NCBI RefSeq assembly: GCF_006345805.1 | Contig: NC_043009.1 | Location: forward strand, 38,812,001 to 38,876,000 | Length of the DNA stretch: 64,000 nucleotides | Reading direction: 5' to 3' | Source: Octopus sinensis | Lineage: Eukaryota | In this document: piece by piece, positions 62,431 to 64,000 of the stretch | Position numbering within the stretch: position 1 is the first letter of the stretch | Layout of the letters: the number at the start of each line of letters is the position of its first letter | Made by a program: the position numbers and the translations under genes | The notes under the pieces: generated by a model | Databases searched by the model: none | What the model was told of the DNA's origin: nothing | Seen by the model: only the letters and a program-made list of their open reading frames with translations

Positions 62431-62844
62431 ATGGTGGTTATCTTTTAGCAAGAAAGTTATTGCTGGAATGTCTAAATACTTAAAATGCAAAATTCTTTCC
62501 CTTCAAAATTTAAAAACATAGAAACATATAGATAAAAATTAAGCTTGCAGTATAAAACCAATCTTTAATGTCACAAACATAGACTTATATATAGACTGTA
62601 TCCCAACTGTCTATTTGCATGTTTCCCAAATAAGCTGTATGCCAAGCATCCATAATACGACTGAGAGTATTGAAAGGAAATGCACGCGGTTTTCTCGTGA
62701 ATGCTTTCAAGATTTACTCTTAAAGAATCGGGAATTTTCTACTTCCCTCTTTCAATTAAAGTGTAACCTTAAGGCAATGGAATCACAAAATATTTCAACA
62801 ATTCGTGGAATTGTTCTTTTTTCTTGAGAAATTCTATATAATAT

Positions 62845-63259
62845 AGGCGCAGGGGTGGCTGTGTGGTAAGTAGCTTGTTTACCAACCACATGGTTCCGGG
62901 TTCAGTCCCACTGCATAGCACTTTGGGCAAGTGTTTTCAATTATAGCCTCGGGCCAGCCAACGCCTTGTGACTGGATTTGGTAAACGGAAACAGAAAGAA
63001 GCTCGTCGTATATATGTATATGTATATATATATATGAGTGTGTGTTTGTATGTCTGTGTTCGTCCCCCAACATCACTTGACAACCGATGCTGGTGTGTAT
63101 ACGTCCAACGTAACTTAGCGGTTCGGCAAAAGAGACCGATAGAATAAGTACTATGCTTACAAAGAATAAGTCCTGGGTTCGACTTGCTCGACTAAAGGCG
63201 GTGCTCCAGCATGGCCGCAGTCAAATGACTGAAACAAGTAAAAGAGTAAAAGAGAGAGT
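62845..63259 (+). mobile_element. SINE family A, full-length
   Basis: AGGCGCAGGGGTGGCTGTGTGGTAAG ... GCAGTCAAATGACTGAAACAAGTAAAAGAGTAAAAGAG. Confidence 0.95.
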
Positions 63260-63329
63260 ATAATGAACCACCCAGTTACATTCCTCGAAGCAGATCTGAA
63301 ATATTAGCTAAGTTCTACCATCGGAGGAT

Positions 63330-63700
63330 TTTTCTCTGGAAAACTTTTTTAGGCATATAATAATGCCAGTACATACGAAATGAGTTTGCAGAAAACAAAC
63401 CCTATCATCAACATAAAATAGCTTCCATTGGTAATTATTACAGCAAGCACTCTGGTAGCTTCCCTTACACCATAGTACTACAGCACCTTCAATTTTTTCG
63501 TTTTGACTACAACACTTTTGATAACGAGTTACCAATTAGCTAATAGGATTCAGTTTTAATAGGTCTCTGCAGATATAACTCCATCGGTTTCTATTGGTGA
63601 AAGTATCTGAGTGATCATATACCTAGGTTTAACTAAGTGAAACTCCGAGTAACCAAGGAGTGAATAAGAAGAAACCCTTAATTTCTGAATGCATCTCTGC
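63330..63700 (-). pseudogene. Ancient RTE-like RT relic
   Basis: Minus strand ...QILSP... followed ~60 codons later by LFYVDD, matching the long LSP-to-ADD spacing of RTE RTs; frames are broken. Confidence 0.35.
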
Positions 63701-64000
63701 ACAGTGTAACGAATGACCCTCTCTTTCGTTTTAGTGCACACACACGCACTCACACACACTCACAGATACAATACAGACACACACAGATACAACACAGACA
63801 CACACAGACAAACAGACACACACTCACGTACACACACACACACGCACACACACACACACACACGCACACACACAAACACACAAACACACTCACATATGAC
63901 TAAAAGAAATTGGAATGACAAAGGAATAAACTATTACCTTATGACCTTCATTAACTTAGAACTGTTTCTGCTATAAGATGCAGTCGACTTGTATTTCAGA

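Overview
AT-rich, microsatellite-saturated eukaryotic intergenic or intronic DNA. The SINE families look like those of coleoid cephalopods, most likely Octopus; this is recognition from memory, not a database result. I found no host protein-coding gene, rRNA, genuine tRNA gene or CRISPR array that I can support. Nearly all listed ORFs are microsatellite read-through or transposon relics. The window holds many copies of at least four short interspersed repeat families and LINE relics of the R4/Dong (x2), CR1 and RTE clades. It also has three mariner relics, several MITEs and two Helitron-like elements. The most interesting signal is a set of type I hammerhead ribozyme motifs in unrelated flanking sequence (20316-20366, 25630-25669, 49458-49499, and a decayed one at ~23640-23680). 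The best one sits in a highly structured 350-bp unit with ~90 bp of terminal direct redundancy (49282-49721), which resembles a retrozyme or a Penelope-like terminal repeat. Secondary signals are combinatorial SINE body/tail shuffling, a covarying 3' stem-loop shared by the RTE LINE and SINE tails, two inverted templated-insertion repair scars, and a close inverted SINE pair that could form dsRNA. Repeat boundaries were read by eye and are approximate to about 10-20 bp.
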